A stretch of 64,000 nucleotides of DNA from Actinomycetota bacterium (lineage in GTDB: Bacteria > Actinomycetota > Actinomycetes > Nanopelagicales > Nanopelagicaceae): assembly GCA_016870455.1 (NCBI GenBank), contig VGBN01000001.1:5344-69343 (forward strand). Direction: 5' to 3'. The translations under genes were made by a program, and so were the position numbers. The notes beneath the pieces are model-generated. The model worked only from the letters and a program-made list of their open reading frames with translations, was not told the origin of the DNA and did no database searches. Positions 49,686-59,080 of the stretch are shown here, piece by piece (the first letter of the stretch is position 1; the number at the start of each line of letters is the position of its first letter).

Positions 49686-51074
49686 TTACTTAAACACCTT
49701 TCCAGGATTTAAAATATTATTTGGATCTAAACTCTCTTTGATTGAGCGCATAACCTGTACCGCAGGAGCGCCAGTCTCTGAGATCAAAGCCTCTATTTTG
49801 CCTGATCCTATGCCATGTTCACCGGTACAGGTTCCTCCCATACCAATCATTTTCATTGTTATCTCATGGGTAATATGTCGAACATCCTCTAACTCTTGCG
49901 GTTTGGCTGGATCGGTAACTATAAAACAATGAAAATTTGCATCTGCAACATGGCCAAGAATTGAAAATGGATATGGATGTTTACTTAATATCTGCTCTGC
50001 AACAGTGACCGCCTCAGCAAGCTTTGATAGTGGAACTGCAGCATCTGTACTTACTGCTCGCTTTCCCGGATTTGCAGCGATGCCAGCCCAATATGCATTG
50101 TGTCTAGCTTGCCATAATTTTCGTCTAGCACCCTCATCAGATGTCCACTCAAACTCAGAGCCACCAAACTCCTCCACAATCTCCTTCACCGAGGCAGCAT
50201 CCTCTGCCACACCTTGCGGTGAACCATGAAACTCAAAAAACAATGTTGGAACCTCAGAGAGGTTTAATCCATCATGAGCATTAACATTTTTAATGCACTT
50301 TGCATCTAAAAATTCACATCGTGCAATTGAGATTCCAGATCTAACTATTGCAGTTGCGGCGGTAACACCATCATCAAGTGAGTTAAATCTAACTATCGCT
50401 GCTGCCATCTTCTCTGGTATTCCAAAAACTCGCAGCGTTAATTCAGTTATTACACCCAGTGTTCCCTCTGAGCCAACCAACAACCTGGTTAGATCATAAC
50501 CAGCAGATAATTTCCTAGTTTCTCGACCAGTTTTAATAACTGTGCCATCAGCTAACACTGCAGTGAGCGCTAAAACATTGTCGCGCATTGATCCATAGCG
50601 AACTGTGGTAGTGCCAGCAGCACCAGTTGCGGCCATTCCACCTAAGGTGGCATCTGCTCCTGGATCTACCGAGAAAAACAATCCTGAACTAGCTAACCGC
50701 TCATTTAAGGCCATTCGATGAACCCCTGGCTGCACACGAACCAGCAGATCATCTCCTCTGATCTCAAGCACCTTATTCATCCCGGTTAGATCTAGTGAGA
50801 TACCACCAAATAATGGCAACACATGACCTTCCAATGATGATCCAGCACCAAATGCCACAACAGGAATCTTTTCAGCATTGCAATAAGCCAAAACTTTTGA
50901 AACCTCTTCAGTGCTTTGTGGCATGACAACCGCTGATGGTCGCACTGGTGGGATTGCAGATTCATCTCTACCGTGTTGATCTAAAATAGTTTCATTGGTT
51001 GAAACCTGACCAGTCACTAAACTTTTTAAGTGAGTTATTTGTACATCGGTAAGATCAACACGCTTATTTATCAT
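49686..51074 (-). CDS. FAD-linked 2-hydroxyacid oxidase (D-lactate dehydrogenase-like)
   Basis: FGAGSSLEG, DPGADATLGGM, GSEGTLGVITE, GTCTGEHGIG, DP.NILNPGK. Confidence 0.88.
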   Translation of the reverse strand: MINKRVDLTDVQITHLKSLVTGQVSTNETILDQHGRDESAIPPVRPSAVVMPQSTEEVSKVLAYCNAEKIPVVAFGAGSSLEGHVLPLFGGISLDLTGMNKVLEIRGDDLLVRVQPGVHRMALNERLASSGLFFSVDPGADATLGGMAATGAAGTTTVRYGSMRDNVLALTAVLADGTVIKTGRETRKLSAGYDLTRLLVGSEGTLGVITELTLRVFGIPEKMAAAIVRFNSLDDGVTAATAIVRSGISIARCEFLDAKCIKNVNAHDGLNLSEVPTLFFEFHGSPQGVAEDAASVKEIVEEFGGSEFEWTSDEGARRKLWQARHNAYWAGIAANPGKRAVSTDAAVPLSKLAEAVTVAEQILSKHPYPFSILGHVADANFHCFIVTDPAKPQELEDVRHITHEITMKMIGMGGTCTGEHGIGSGKIEALISETGAPAVQVMRSIKESLDPNNILNPGKVFK

Positions 51075-51294
51075 GCGTAGATAATACCTGTATCAAATAA
51101 GTAAGTACTAAATAAATCTGATTAAATGCAGATTAAAATACTGTTATTAACAAATTTCTGTGAATTTACGCATGAAATTAACCTAGTTGCTTAAAGCTTT
51201 AACTCTGATAAACTTAGCCAGCAACACAACGTTTGACTAGGAGAGTGTCCGCCAAACTTCGGTCTATTTAGACCCTTTGACAGTACAAAAGCGC

Positions 51295-52689
51295 ATGAAA
51301 ACACAAACGCACCACAACCAAACCTTTCGTTCAGTTCCAGTGCATTCAAAACCTCTGGATTCATCTCGCCTTGAAAAATTATTTCAACAACAAATAGATT
51401 TATATAAATCAAATCTGAAAAGCTCTAGCTCTGAGTACTTAAGTGCACTCAAAAGTATCCCACTTGGAGCTCACTCAACCTTCCAATCATTTGATCCATA
51501 TCCAATCTCGATTAAGTCGGCCAAAGGTGCCTGGATGGTGGATGTGGATGGGCGAAAGGTGCTTGATCTTTCCATGGGCTTTGGCTCGATGTTGGTTGGC
51601 CACTTAAACCCTGAGGTGATCGCCGAACTAAAGAGCACATTAGATGTTGGCACCTTATACACCGCACCATCTCCTGACTCTCGAGATGCTGCTGAGCGAT
51701 TGTGCCGTCGATTTGGAATTGATCAGATCAGATTTACCAACTCAGGTACTGAATCAACTATGTATGCCGTAAGAACTGCCCGCGCCTATACCGGTAAAGA
51801 GGGCGTAGTAAAGGTTGAAGGTGGCTACCACGGAAGTGGGGACGCACTTTTGGTTTCAACAAAACCACCACTTGATAAAGCAGGTCCAGCAAATGAGCCG
51901 ATTCCAGTAATTGGTAATGCCGCAGTTCCAGGATTGTCATTTGTGGTTCCTTACAATGATGCACAAGCACTTGAAAATGTATTTCAAAAACATGCAGACA
52001 AAATTGCCTGTTTCATAGTTGAGCCTGTTTTAGAAAACGTGGGAATTATTTTGCCGGATGAAGGTTACCTAGAGTCTGTTAGAGCTTTGTGTGATGAATA
52101 CAAGATTGTTTTAATTTTTGATGAGGTTAAAACTGGTTTAACAGCAGGTCCACAAGGAGCTTCCCAGCGACTTGGTGTGATTCCAGATTTAATCTGTCTG
52201 GCAAAATCAATTGGTGGCGGAATTCCACTTGCCGCATTTGGTGGCAAGAGTGAGTTTATGAGGCCAGTAACTGATGGTCGCATGCCACACCTTGGTACAT
52301 TTAATGGACATATTTTGGCTATGGCAGCAGTTAGAGCAGTAGACAAACTTTGCACACCAGCAGCACTTGAAAAAGCCGAGTCTTTAAATATTCAAGCATT
52401 AACTAGGATTCGAGAAATCATCGACGAGTATGAGTTACCAGCACATACTGTTGGATTTGGTGTTAAAGGGTGTATCACCTGGTCTGATCAGCCAGTAAGA
52501 AATTATCGAGATTACAAAGCTACAGATTTCCAGGTAGCTGAGCTCTCATTTATCTGGTCGCTAAACCATGGAATTATGACCCCACCAGGCTTAGATGAGC
52601 AGTGGTTAATCTCCTTGGCACATGATCAAGCTGATATTGATTTTATGGTTAATGACTTTAAGGAGTTTGCAAAAACTTTGCGCGGCTAA
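51295..52689 (+). CDS. Class III aminotransferase (GSA-aminomutase-like, substrate unknown)
   Basis: RFTNSGTE, EGGYHG, LIFDEVKTG, AKSIGGG; start uncertain (51277 or 51295). Confidence 0.85.
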   Translation: MKTQTHHNQTFRSVPVHSKPLDSSRLEKLFQQQIDLYKSNLKSSSSEYLSALKSIPLGAHSTFQSFDPYPISIKSAKGAWMVDVDGRKVLDLSMGFGSMLVGHLNPEVIAELKSTLDVGTLYTAPSPDSRDAAERLCRRFGIDQIRFTNSGTESTMYAVRTARAYTGKEGVVKVEGGYHGSGDALLVSTKPPLDKAGPANEPIPVIGNAAVPGLSFVVPYNDAQALENVFQKHADKIACFIVEPVLENVGIILPDEGYLESVRALCDEYKIVLIFDEVKTGLTAGPQGASQRLGVIPDLICLAKSIGGGIPLAAFGGKSEFMRPVTDGRMPHLGTFNGHILAMAAVRAVDKLCTPAALEKAESLNIQALTRIREIIDEYELPAHTVGFGVKGCITWSDQPVRNYRDYKATDFQVAELSFIWSLNHGIMTPPGLDEQWLISLAHDQADIDFMVNDFKEFAKTLRG

Positions 52690-52690
52690 T

Positions 52691-54175
52691 TTAGGTATTT
52701 TGTGGGAAACCTAAATTAATTCCACCATGGCTTGGATCTAACCAACGACTAGTAACTACCTTGCCCCGGGTAAAGAAGTGAACCCCTTCAGTTCCATGTG
52801 CGTGGGAGTCCCCAAACAATGAGTTCTTCCACCCACCAAATGAGAAGTAGGCCATTGGCACTGGAATTGGCACATTTATACCAACCATTCCAACCTCAAC
52901 CTCATTTTGGAATCGTCTGGCAGCGCCACCATCATTGGTAAAGATTGCTGTGCCATTTCCATATTGATGATCATTAACTAACTTCAACGCCTCGTCATAA
53001 CTTTTCACTCTGATAACACTAAGTACTGGTCCAAATATCTCCTCTTGGTAGATGCTCATATTTGGTTTGACCTGATCAAACAGGGTAGGTCCTAGCCAAA
53101 ACCCTTCGCCATCAACCTCAACCTTTCTGCCATCAAAAACAATCTTGGCACCCTCTTTTTCACCAGCAGCGATATAAGAGGCAACCTTGTCACGATGCAC
53201 CTTGGTAACAAGTGGGCCCATATCAGCACCCTTTGTGCCATCACCAGTTTTTATCTTAGTTGCCCGCTGAGTTATCTTCTCAATTAATTTATCTGCAATT
53301 GGCTCTACCGCCACAATTGCTGAGATCGCCATACATCTTTCACCAGCTGAGCCAAAGCCAGCATTGATTGCTGCATCTGCTGCCAGTTCTAAATCAGCAT
53401 CTGGCAGAACAATCATGTGATTTTTTGCCCCACCTAATGCCTGCACTCGCTTTCCTGCTTTTGTGCCAGTCTCATACACATACTTAGCAATTGGAGTTGA
53501 GCCAACAAATGAAACAGATTTAATTCCAGGATGAGTTAGCAGAGCATCAACTGCGACTTTATCGCCATGAACTATGTTAAAGACACCCTCTGGTAATCCT
53601 GCCTCTTTAAGCAACTGCGCTACAAACATAATTGCACTTGGATCTTTTTCACTTGGTTTAACTATTACTGTGTTGCCACATGCAATTGCAATTGGGAAAA
53701 ACCACATTGGCACCATGGCTGGAAAGTTAAATGGCGAGATAACCGCTACTGGCCCTAAAGGTTGTCTAATTGAGTAGACATCTACACCAGTTGAAACCTC
53801 TTCAGAAAAACCGCCTTTAAGAAGGTGGGGGATACCGCAAGCAAACTCAACTACTTCAAGTCCTCGAGTAACCTCACCAAAAGCGTCACTTAAAACCTTG
53901 CCATGCTCTTTGGTTATTAATGCCGCTAACTTCTCTTTATTTTGATTTACTAATTCACGAAATGAAAAAAGTACCTGAGTTCGTTTGGTTAAAGAGCTAT
54001 GTCGCCAACTTTCAAAAGCTTTGGTAGCCACATCTACTGCGGTATCAATGGTGGCACTTGTTGCAAAATTTACTTTGGCACTTACTTGACCAGTAGCTGG
54101 GTTATATACATCACCTGTGCGCTCTGATTTCTCAGTAGAAAGTTGGTTATTAATCCAATGTGAAATAGTTTCCAT
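52691..54175 (-). CDS. mmsA: CoA-acylating (methyl)malonate-semialdehyde dehydrogenase
   Basis: PFNFPAMVP, RVQALGGAKNH, GSAGERCMA, GINVPIPVP. Confidence 0.93.
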   Translation of the reverse strand: METISHWINNQLSTEKSERTGDVYNPATGQVSAKVNFATSATIDTAVDVATKAFESWRHSSLTKRTQVLFSFRELVNQNKEKLAALITKEHGKVLSDAFGEVTRGLEVVEFACGIPHLLKGGFSEEVSTGVDVYSIRQPLGPVAVISPFNFPAMVPMWFFPIAIACGNTVIVKPSEKDPSAIMFVAQLLKEAGLPEGVFNIVHGDKVAVDALLTHPGIKSVSFVGSTPIAKYVYETGTKAGKRVQALGGAKNHMIVLPDADLELAADAAINAGFGSAGERCMAISAIVAVEPIADKLIEKITQRATKIKTGDGTKGADMGPLVTKVHRDKVASYIAAGEKEGAKIVFDGRKVEVDGEGFWLGPTLFDQVKPNMSIYQEEIFGPVLSVIRVKSYDEALKLVNDHQYGNGTAIFTNDGGAARRFQNEVEVGMVGINVPIPVPMAYFSFGGWKNSLFGDSHAHGTEGVHFFTRGKVVTSRWLDPSHGGINLGFPQNT

Positions 54176-54290
54176 AACGCAAACCCTACCTTAAAGGTTT
54201 TACCGTAATGAAATTACCCCTTCCTACCAAAAAACCTTAAGAAGTGATTAGATTGGGGCATCAGATTTGACCAGCAAATTAGGGAGCCAA

Positions 54291-55628
54291 GTGAGTACCC
54301 CAGAGAGTAACCCAGAAAAGGCGGCAAAGGTTTTTGCCGATGATCGTGCACATGTTTTCCACTCTTGGTCAGCACAGGGGCAGATCTCACCTATGACAGT
54401 TGCCGGCGGCGCCGGTTCATACTTTTGGGATTTTAATGGCAAGAAGTACTTGGATTTTTCATGTCAATTAGTTTTTACAAATATTGGTCATCAACATCCA
54501 AAGGTAATTGCAGCGATAAAAGAGCAAGCTGATGTGCTTGCAACTGTGGCACCACAGCATGCTAATGAAGCTAGAAATGAGGCAGCAAAGCGAATTACCG
54601 AGGTAGCAGGAAGTAGTTTCAAAAAAGTTTTCTTCACAAATGGTGGCGCAGATGGAGTTGAAAATGCGATCAGAATGGCAAGACTTCACACAAATAAGCA
54701 CAAAGTCTTATCTACCTATCGCTCCTATCATGGCAATACTGGCTCTGCTATTAATGCAACTGGTGATCCAAGAAGATTTCCAAACGAGTTTGGTTATGGA
54801 CATGTACATTTTTGGGGCCCATATCTTTATCGCACTGCATTTTGGGCCAGTACTCAGGAAGAGGAGTGTCAGCGAGCACTTGAGCATTTAGAGCAAACAA
54901 TTATTTTTGAAGGTCCTAAGACAATTGCCGCAATATTAATTGAATCAGTACCTGGTACAGCTGGGGTGCTGGTGCCACCTGCTGGTTACTTAGATGGTAT
55001 ACGGACACTTTGCGACAAGTATGAAATTCTATGGATTGCCGATGAGGTTATGTCAGGCTTTGGTAGAACTGGAAAGTGGTTTGGTTTTCAGCACTCCAAA
55101 TCAATCCCAGATTTAATCGTCTTTGCAAAAGGTGTTACCTCAGGATATGTGCCACTTGGTGGGGTAATAATTCCTGAAAAAATTGCTAAAACCTTTGATG
55201 AGCGAGTATTTCCAGGTGGACTTACCTATTCAGGTCATCCACTTGCCTGCGCAACTGCGGTTGCAACTATTGATGTAATGAAGAGTGAGAAGATGGTAGA
55301 AAATGCGGCCAGCATTGGCGAAAAAATACTTGGCCCGGGCTTAAATGAGTTAGCTAAAAAACACCAAGTAATTGGTGATATCAGAGGCACTGGTGTTTTC
55401 TGGGGCGTAGATATGGTCACCGATAGAAAGAGTCGTGAACCACTTGCACCATATGGTGCATCTAGTCCAAAGATGAATGAGATTGTGGCAACCTGTAAGA
55501 AAAATGGTTTGATGCCATTTAATAACTTTAATCGTATTCACATGGTGCCACCTTGCAATATCTCTGAAAGTGATACCAAGTTAGGCTTAGAGTTACTCTC
55601 TAAATCACTTACTGAGGTTGGTCTCTAA
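54291..55628 (+). CDS. Class III omega-amino acid aminotransferase (beta-alanine:pyruvate type probable)
   Basis: HVFHSWSAQ, YRSYHG, DEVMSGFGRTG, FAKGVTSGYVPLGG; divergent from mmsA; GGGAG RBS before GTG. Confidence 0.85.
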   Translation: MSTPESNPEKAAKVFADDRAHVFHSWSAQGQISPMTVAGGAGSYFWDFNGKKYLDFSCQLVFTNIGHQHPKVIAAIKEQADVLATVAPQHANEARNEAAKRITEVAGSSFKKVFFTNGGADGVENAIRMARLHTNKHKVLSTYRSYHGNTGSAINATGDPRRFPNEFGYGHVHFWGPYLYRTAFWASTQEEECQRALEHLEQTIIFEGPKTIAAILIESVPGTAGVLVPPAGYLDGIRTLCDKYEILWIADEVMSGFGRTGKWFGFQHSKSIPDLIVFAKGVTSGYVPLGGVIIPEKIAKTFDERVFPGGLTYSGHPLACATAVATIDVMKSEKMVENAASIGEKILGPGLNELAKKHQVIGDIRGTGVFWGVDMVTDRKSREPLAPYGASSPKMNEIVATCKKNGLMPFNNFNRIHMVPPCNISESDTKLGLELLSKSLTEVGL

Positions 55629-55730
55629 CATTAAGTAGGTTCATCCCTACTAATCCACAGTTTTAATTAGGCAATCCGCTAGGAATTTTTTGTTTCTCTA
55701 TAGTTTCCAAACACAAACTTTTGGAGCTAT

Positions 55731-55943
55731 ATGAATCTAACAACGCAGATTATTAGAGCGAATCTATATTTAAAATCTAAGGCTAAAGCTTTTATTAAAA
55801 CAGATAGCCGGGGCGATGTCCCAGGCTGGGTATTGGTAGTACTTATGACCACCGCCTTGGTTACTGGCATATGGTCAATCGCAGCGCCCAAATTAACCAC
55901 AATCTTGCGCAACTCATTGGATGCAATGGGCGGTATCAGGTAG
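55731..55943 (+). CDS. Flp-type major pilin (actinobacterial)
   Basis: Prepilin site SRG|DVPGWVLV followed by a hydrophobic helix; GGAG RBS. Confidence 0.8.
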   Translation: MNLTTQIIRANLYLKSKAKAFIKTDSRGDVPGWVLVVLMTTALVTGIWSIAAPKLTTILRNSLDAMGGIR

Positions 55944-56267
55944 TTGCGCAAGCTATTACTTGCCCAGCACCGCGGATCAGTTGAATCACTCCTAACCATA
56001 CTGCCACAGGTATTTGTATTTTTAGTGATGTTTCAACTGATCTTTATGCAGTTTAATGTTATGCGTTCAACTAGTTTGAATCAGGGAGAGTTAGCAACCA
56101 CAGCAATTACTGGATCATCGGCCAACTACCAGCGCTACCCACTTATTGGAGGTGGTGCAGTATTACTGCTTGAAGATGAGCAGGAGGTAAAGAAGTTTAT
56201 TGATTTTGGCAATCTAGCCAGAAAGAAAACAGTAGCAATTGCAGTAGATGAAGATGCAAGTAATTAG
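55944..56267 (+). CDS. TadE-like pseudopilin (divergent)
   Basis: HRG|SVES plus hydrophobic helix; within the pilin cluster. Confidence 0.6.
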   Translation: MRKLLLAQHRGSVESLLTILPQVFVFLVMFQLIFMQFNVMRSTSLNQGELATTAITGSSANYQRYPLIGGGAVLLLEDEQEVKKFIDFGNLARKKTVAIAVDEDASN

Positions 56268-56652
56268 GTTATTAAAAAAGTCAGATCCAGGCTCTGCTGT
56301 GGCAGAGTTTGTAATCTTTACCTTGCCATTTTTCACAGCATTTTTGATTTTAATAACTGCTATCTCTAATAAATCCTTGGCAATCTCAGAGAGTCAAAAC
56401 TTAGCTAGGCAGACGGTGCGAGCTTTTGTTACCAGCCCCAGTGAGAGCCTTGCACAGGTAAGGGCGTATCAGGTACTAGAAATTTATAAATCAAAAAGAA
56501 CATCAACTAGTAATCAGATAAGAGATATCAAGTTAAAGATCTCCTGTAGCAACTATCCATGTTTTACCCCCGGAAATATGATCACCGCCACCATAACAAT
56601 TGGTAACTCGCAACAATCATCCGCCAGTGAGTACATAGATCTATGGCGATAA
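56248..56652 (+). CDS. TadE/TadF-like pseudopilin
   Basis: DPG|SAVAEF, ARQ..RAFV, C...PC.TPG. Confidence 0.8.
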   Translation: MKMQVIRLLKKSDPGSAVAEFVIFTLPFFTAFLILITAISNKSLAISESQNLARQTVRAFVTSPSESLAQVRAYQVLEIYKSKRTSTSNQIRDIKLKISCSNYPCFTPGNMITATITIGNSQQSSASEYIDLWR

Positions 56653-57113
56653 TTAAGTTTATAACTGGCAAAAGTCGTGGATCTTTGATCCCACTTTCTT
56701 TTGGTTTTTTTCTTATGGCTATGACACTTACCTTTATCTCAGTAAATATCGCCTCTGCCTACTCTGTAAAAAAACAGTTAACTAACATTGCCGAAGCTGC
56801 GATAAACAAATCAGCACAATCCATAAACTCACTTGCTTATTACGCACAGGTTAATAGATTTAATAAAGATAAACGGGTACCAATAGATTGCCTAGCTGCC
56901 CAACTGAAGTTTTATGCATTAATTAATCAGGTGCGGTTATATGATAAGCAAATCAAGGTTGATCAATTTACTTGTGAACTTTATGAAGTATCAGCGCAAG
57001 TTTCAATAAGCGGTGAAATGCCAATTCAGATACCGTTTGTGGATTCAATTTTGACAAATGGATTAGTAATCTCCACCCAAGTTGGCTCAAGTTCGGTATA
57101 CATCCCCAATTAG
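56643..57113 (+). CDS. TadG-like pseudopilin
   Basis: SRG|SLIPL, TM helix, ..Y....QL..IAEAA pattern. Confidence 0.7.
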   Translation: MAIIKFITGKSRGSLIPLSFGFFLMAMTLTFISVNIASAYSVKKQLTNIAEAAINKSAQSINSLAYYAQVNRFNKDKRVPIDCLAAQLKFYALINQVRLYDKQIKVDQFTCELYEVSAQVSISGEMPIQIPFVDSILTNGLVISTQVGSSSVYIPN

Positions 57114-57127
57114 ATTACCCTTAACCC

Positions 57128-58234
57128 ATGGCCGCCCGTGATTATCAAGATGAGATCAACAAGATTGATCTAACCCTTAAATCAATTGAGCAGGTTTTAA
57201 ACCTTCCTAAATTAATTGATAGCGCTGCTGAATTAGAAAAGCAGGCGAGCGTGCCAAATCTTTGGGATGATCCGCAGGCTGCCCAAGTAATCACCAGCAA
57301 GTTATCTAGGGTGCAATCAACCATTAACAAAATTAACTCAATTCGCACTCGGTTAAATGATCTGCCAGTGATGATTGAGCTCTCAGCAGGTGAGGCTGAC
57401 AAAGCCTCTGCATTTAAAGAGGTTGATAAGGAGTTAGATGAGTTAACTCAAGTGATTAATGAGCTTGAGGTGCAGACCTTGTTAAGTGGTGAGTATGACG
57501 AACGTGATGCGTTGATGACTATTCGATCGGAAGCAGGTGGTGTAGAGGCAGCTGATTGGGCACAGATGCTAATGCGGATGTACCTGCGATTTTGTGAACG
57601 TCATAATTACAGAATAGATGTGTTAGAGACCTCTTATGCAGAGGAGGCAGGAATTAAATCAACCACCTTTCGCATTTCTGCCCCATATGCATATGGCAGG
57701 CTCTCGGTGGAACAAGGTACGCATCGATTAGTTCGGATCTCACCATTTGATTCTCAATCAAGACGTCACACCTCATTTGCCGGTGTTGAGGTTGTGCCAG
57801 TTGTTGAACAAAGTGATCATATTGAGATTGAGGAGAAGGATTTAAGAGTAGATGTTTATCGCTCCTCCGGCCCGGGCGGTCAAGGTGTTAATACCACTGA
57901 CTCTGCCGTGCGCATTACCCACACACCATCTGGCATTGTGGTTTCCTGCCAAAATGAGAGATCCCAAATTCAAAATCGAGCAACTGCCATGGCAGTTTTA
58001 CAATCTAAATTATTAGAAAGACGTCGACTTGAAGAACGGGCCAAACTTGATGCACTAAAGGGTGATAACTCTGGCTCCTGGGGAAATCAAATGCGATCTT
58101 ATGTACTTGCTCCCTATCAAATGGTTAAAGATTTGCGGACTAATTTTGAAGTTGGAAATCCATCTGCAGTATTAGATGGAGATTTAGATGGATTTATCGA
58201 AGCTGGTATCAAATGGCGCAAGGGGCGCGAGTAA
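57128..58234 (+). CDS. prfB: Peptide chain release factor 2
   Basis: SPF motif, GGQ motif, WGNQMRSYV; continuous ORF. Confidence 0.97.
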   Translation: MAARDYQDEINKIDLTLKSIEQVLNLPKLIDSAAELEKQASVPNLWDDPQAAQVITSKLSRVQSTINKINSIRTRLNDLPVMIELSAGEADKASAFKEVDKELDELTQVINELEVQTLLSGEYDERDALMTIRSEAGGVEAADWAQMLMRMYLRFCERHNYRIDVLETSYAEEAGIKSTTFRISAPYAYGRLSVEQGTHRLVRISPFDSQSRRHTSFAGVEVVPVVEQSDHIEIEEKDLRVDVYRSSGPGGQGVNTTDSAVRITHTPSGIVVSCQNERSQIQNRATAMAVLQSKLLERRRLEERAKLDALKGDNSGSWGNQMRSYVLAPYQMVKDLRTNFEVGNPSAVLDGDLDGFIEAGIKWRKGRE

Positions 58235-58361
58235 TCTCACAGGCAAGCGTAGATTCTCAGTTTTATATTGCAAAAATCAGCATTAAATCACCGATTAACC
58301 GCACTTGCTTATCTAAACTAGCACTAGTTGATCGACGCACTCACCATAAGGGGTTTTGATT

Positions 58362-59051
58362 TTGATTCGGTTTGAAAATGTCACCAAGCTTTATCCGAAA
58401 CAAGATAAAGCCGCACTCGAAGGCGTTAATTTAGAGATTAGCAAGGGTGAGTTTGTATTTTTAGTTGGATTATCAGGCTCTGGAAAATCGACCTTTTTAA
58501 GATTAGTACTTCGCGAGGAGCGTCCAACCTCTGGGGTAATTCATGTTGCAGGTAAAGATTTAAATAATCTGGCAAATCATAAGGTGCCAGAGTTGCGCAG
58601 GCAGGTTGGAACAGTTTTCCAAGATTTTAGATTGCTACCAAATAAAACAGTTTCAGAGAATGTGGCCTTTACCTTGCATGTGCTGGGGTACTCAAAAAAG
58701 CAGATCAGTCGAGATGTGCCTGAGGTGTTAGAGCTAGTGGGTCTGGAAGAAAAGGGTGATCGCAAACCAAGTGAGTTATCGGGCGGTGAACAGCAACGTG
58801 TGGCAATTGCAAGAGCTTATGTATCTCGGCCAACAATTTTGATCGCCGATGAGCCAACTGGAAATTTAGATCCAGCTACCTCAGTTGGCATTATGAAGTT
58901 GCTTGATCGGATTAATAGAGATGGCACGACAGTAGTAATGGCAACACATGATGCTGGAATTGTGGATCAGATGCGCAAACGAGTAATTGAGTTAGAAGGT
59001 GGCCATGTAATCCGCGATCAGGCCCGTGGTGTTTATGGCTATACCGGTTAA
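58362..59051 (+). CDS. ftsE: Cell division ATP-binding protein FtsE
   Basis: [42 protein letters not shown]. Confidence 0.96.
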   Translation: MIRFENVTKLYPKQDKAALEGVNLEISKGEFVFLVGLSGSGKSTFLRLVLREERPTSGVIHVAGKDLNNLANHKVPELRRQVGTVFQDFRLLPNKTVSENVAFTLHVLGYSKKQISRDVPEVLELVGLEEKGDRKPSELSGGEQQRVAIARAYVSRPTILIADEPTGNLDPATSVGIMKLLDRINRDGTTVVMATHDAGIVDQMRKRVIELEGGHVIRDQARGVYGYTG

Positions 59052-59080
59052 ATTGATGATGAAAAAGATAGGGTTAGAAA

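Noticed and set aside
57128-57230. Programmed +1 frameshift in prfB
   Set aside because: The ORF is continuous with no CTT-TGA site; absence is normal in Actinobacteria.
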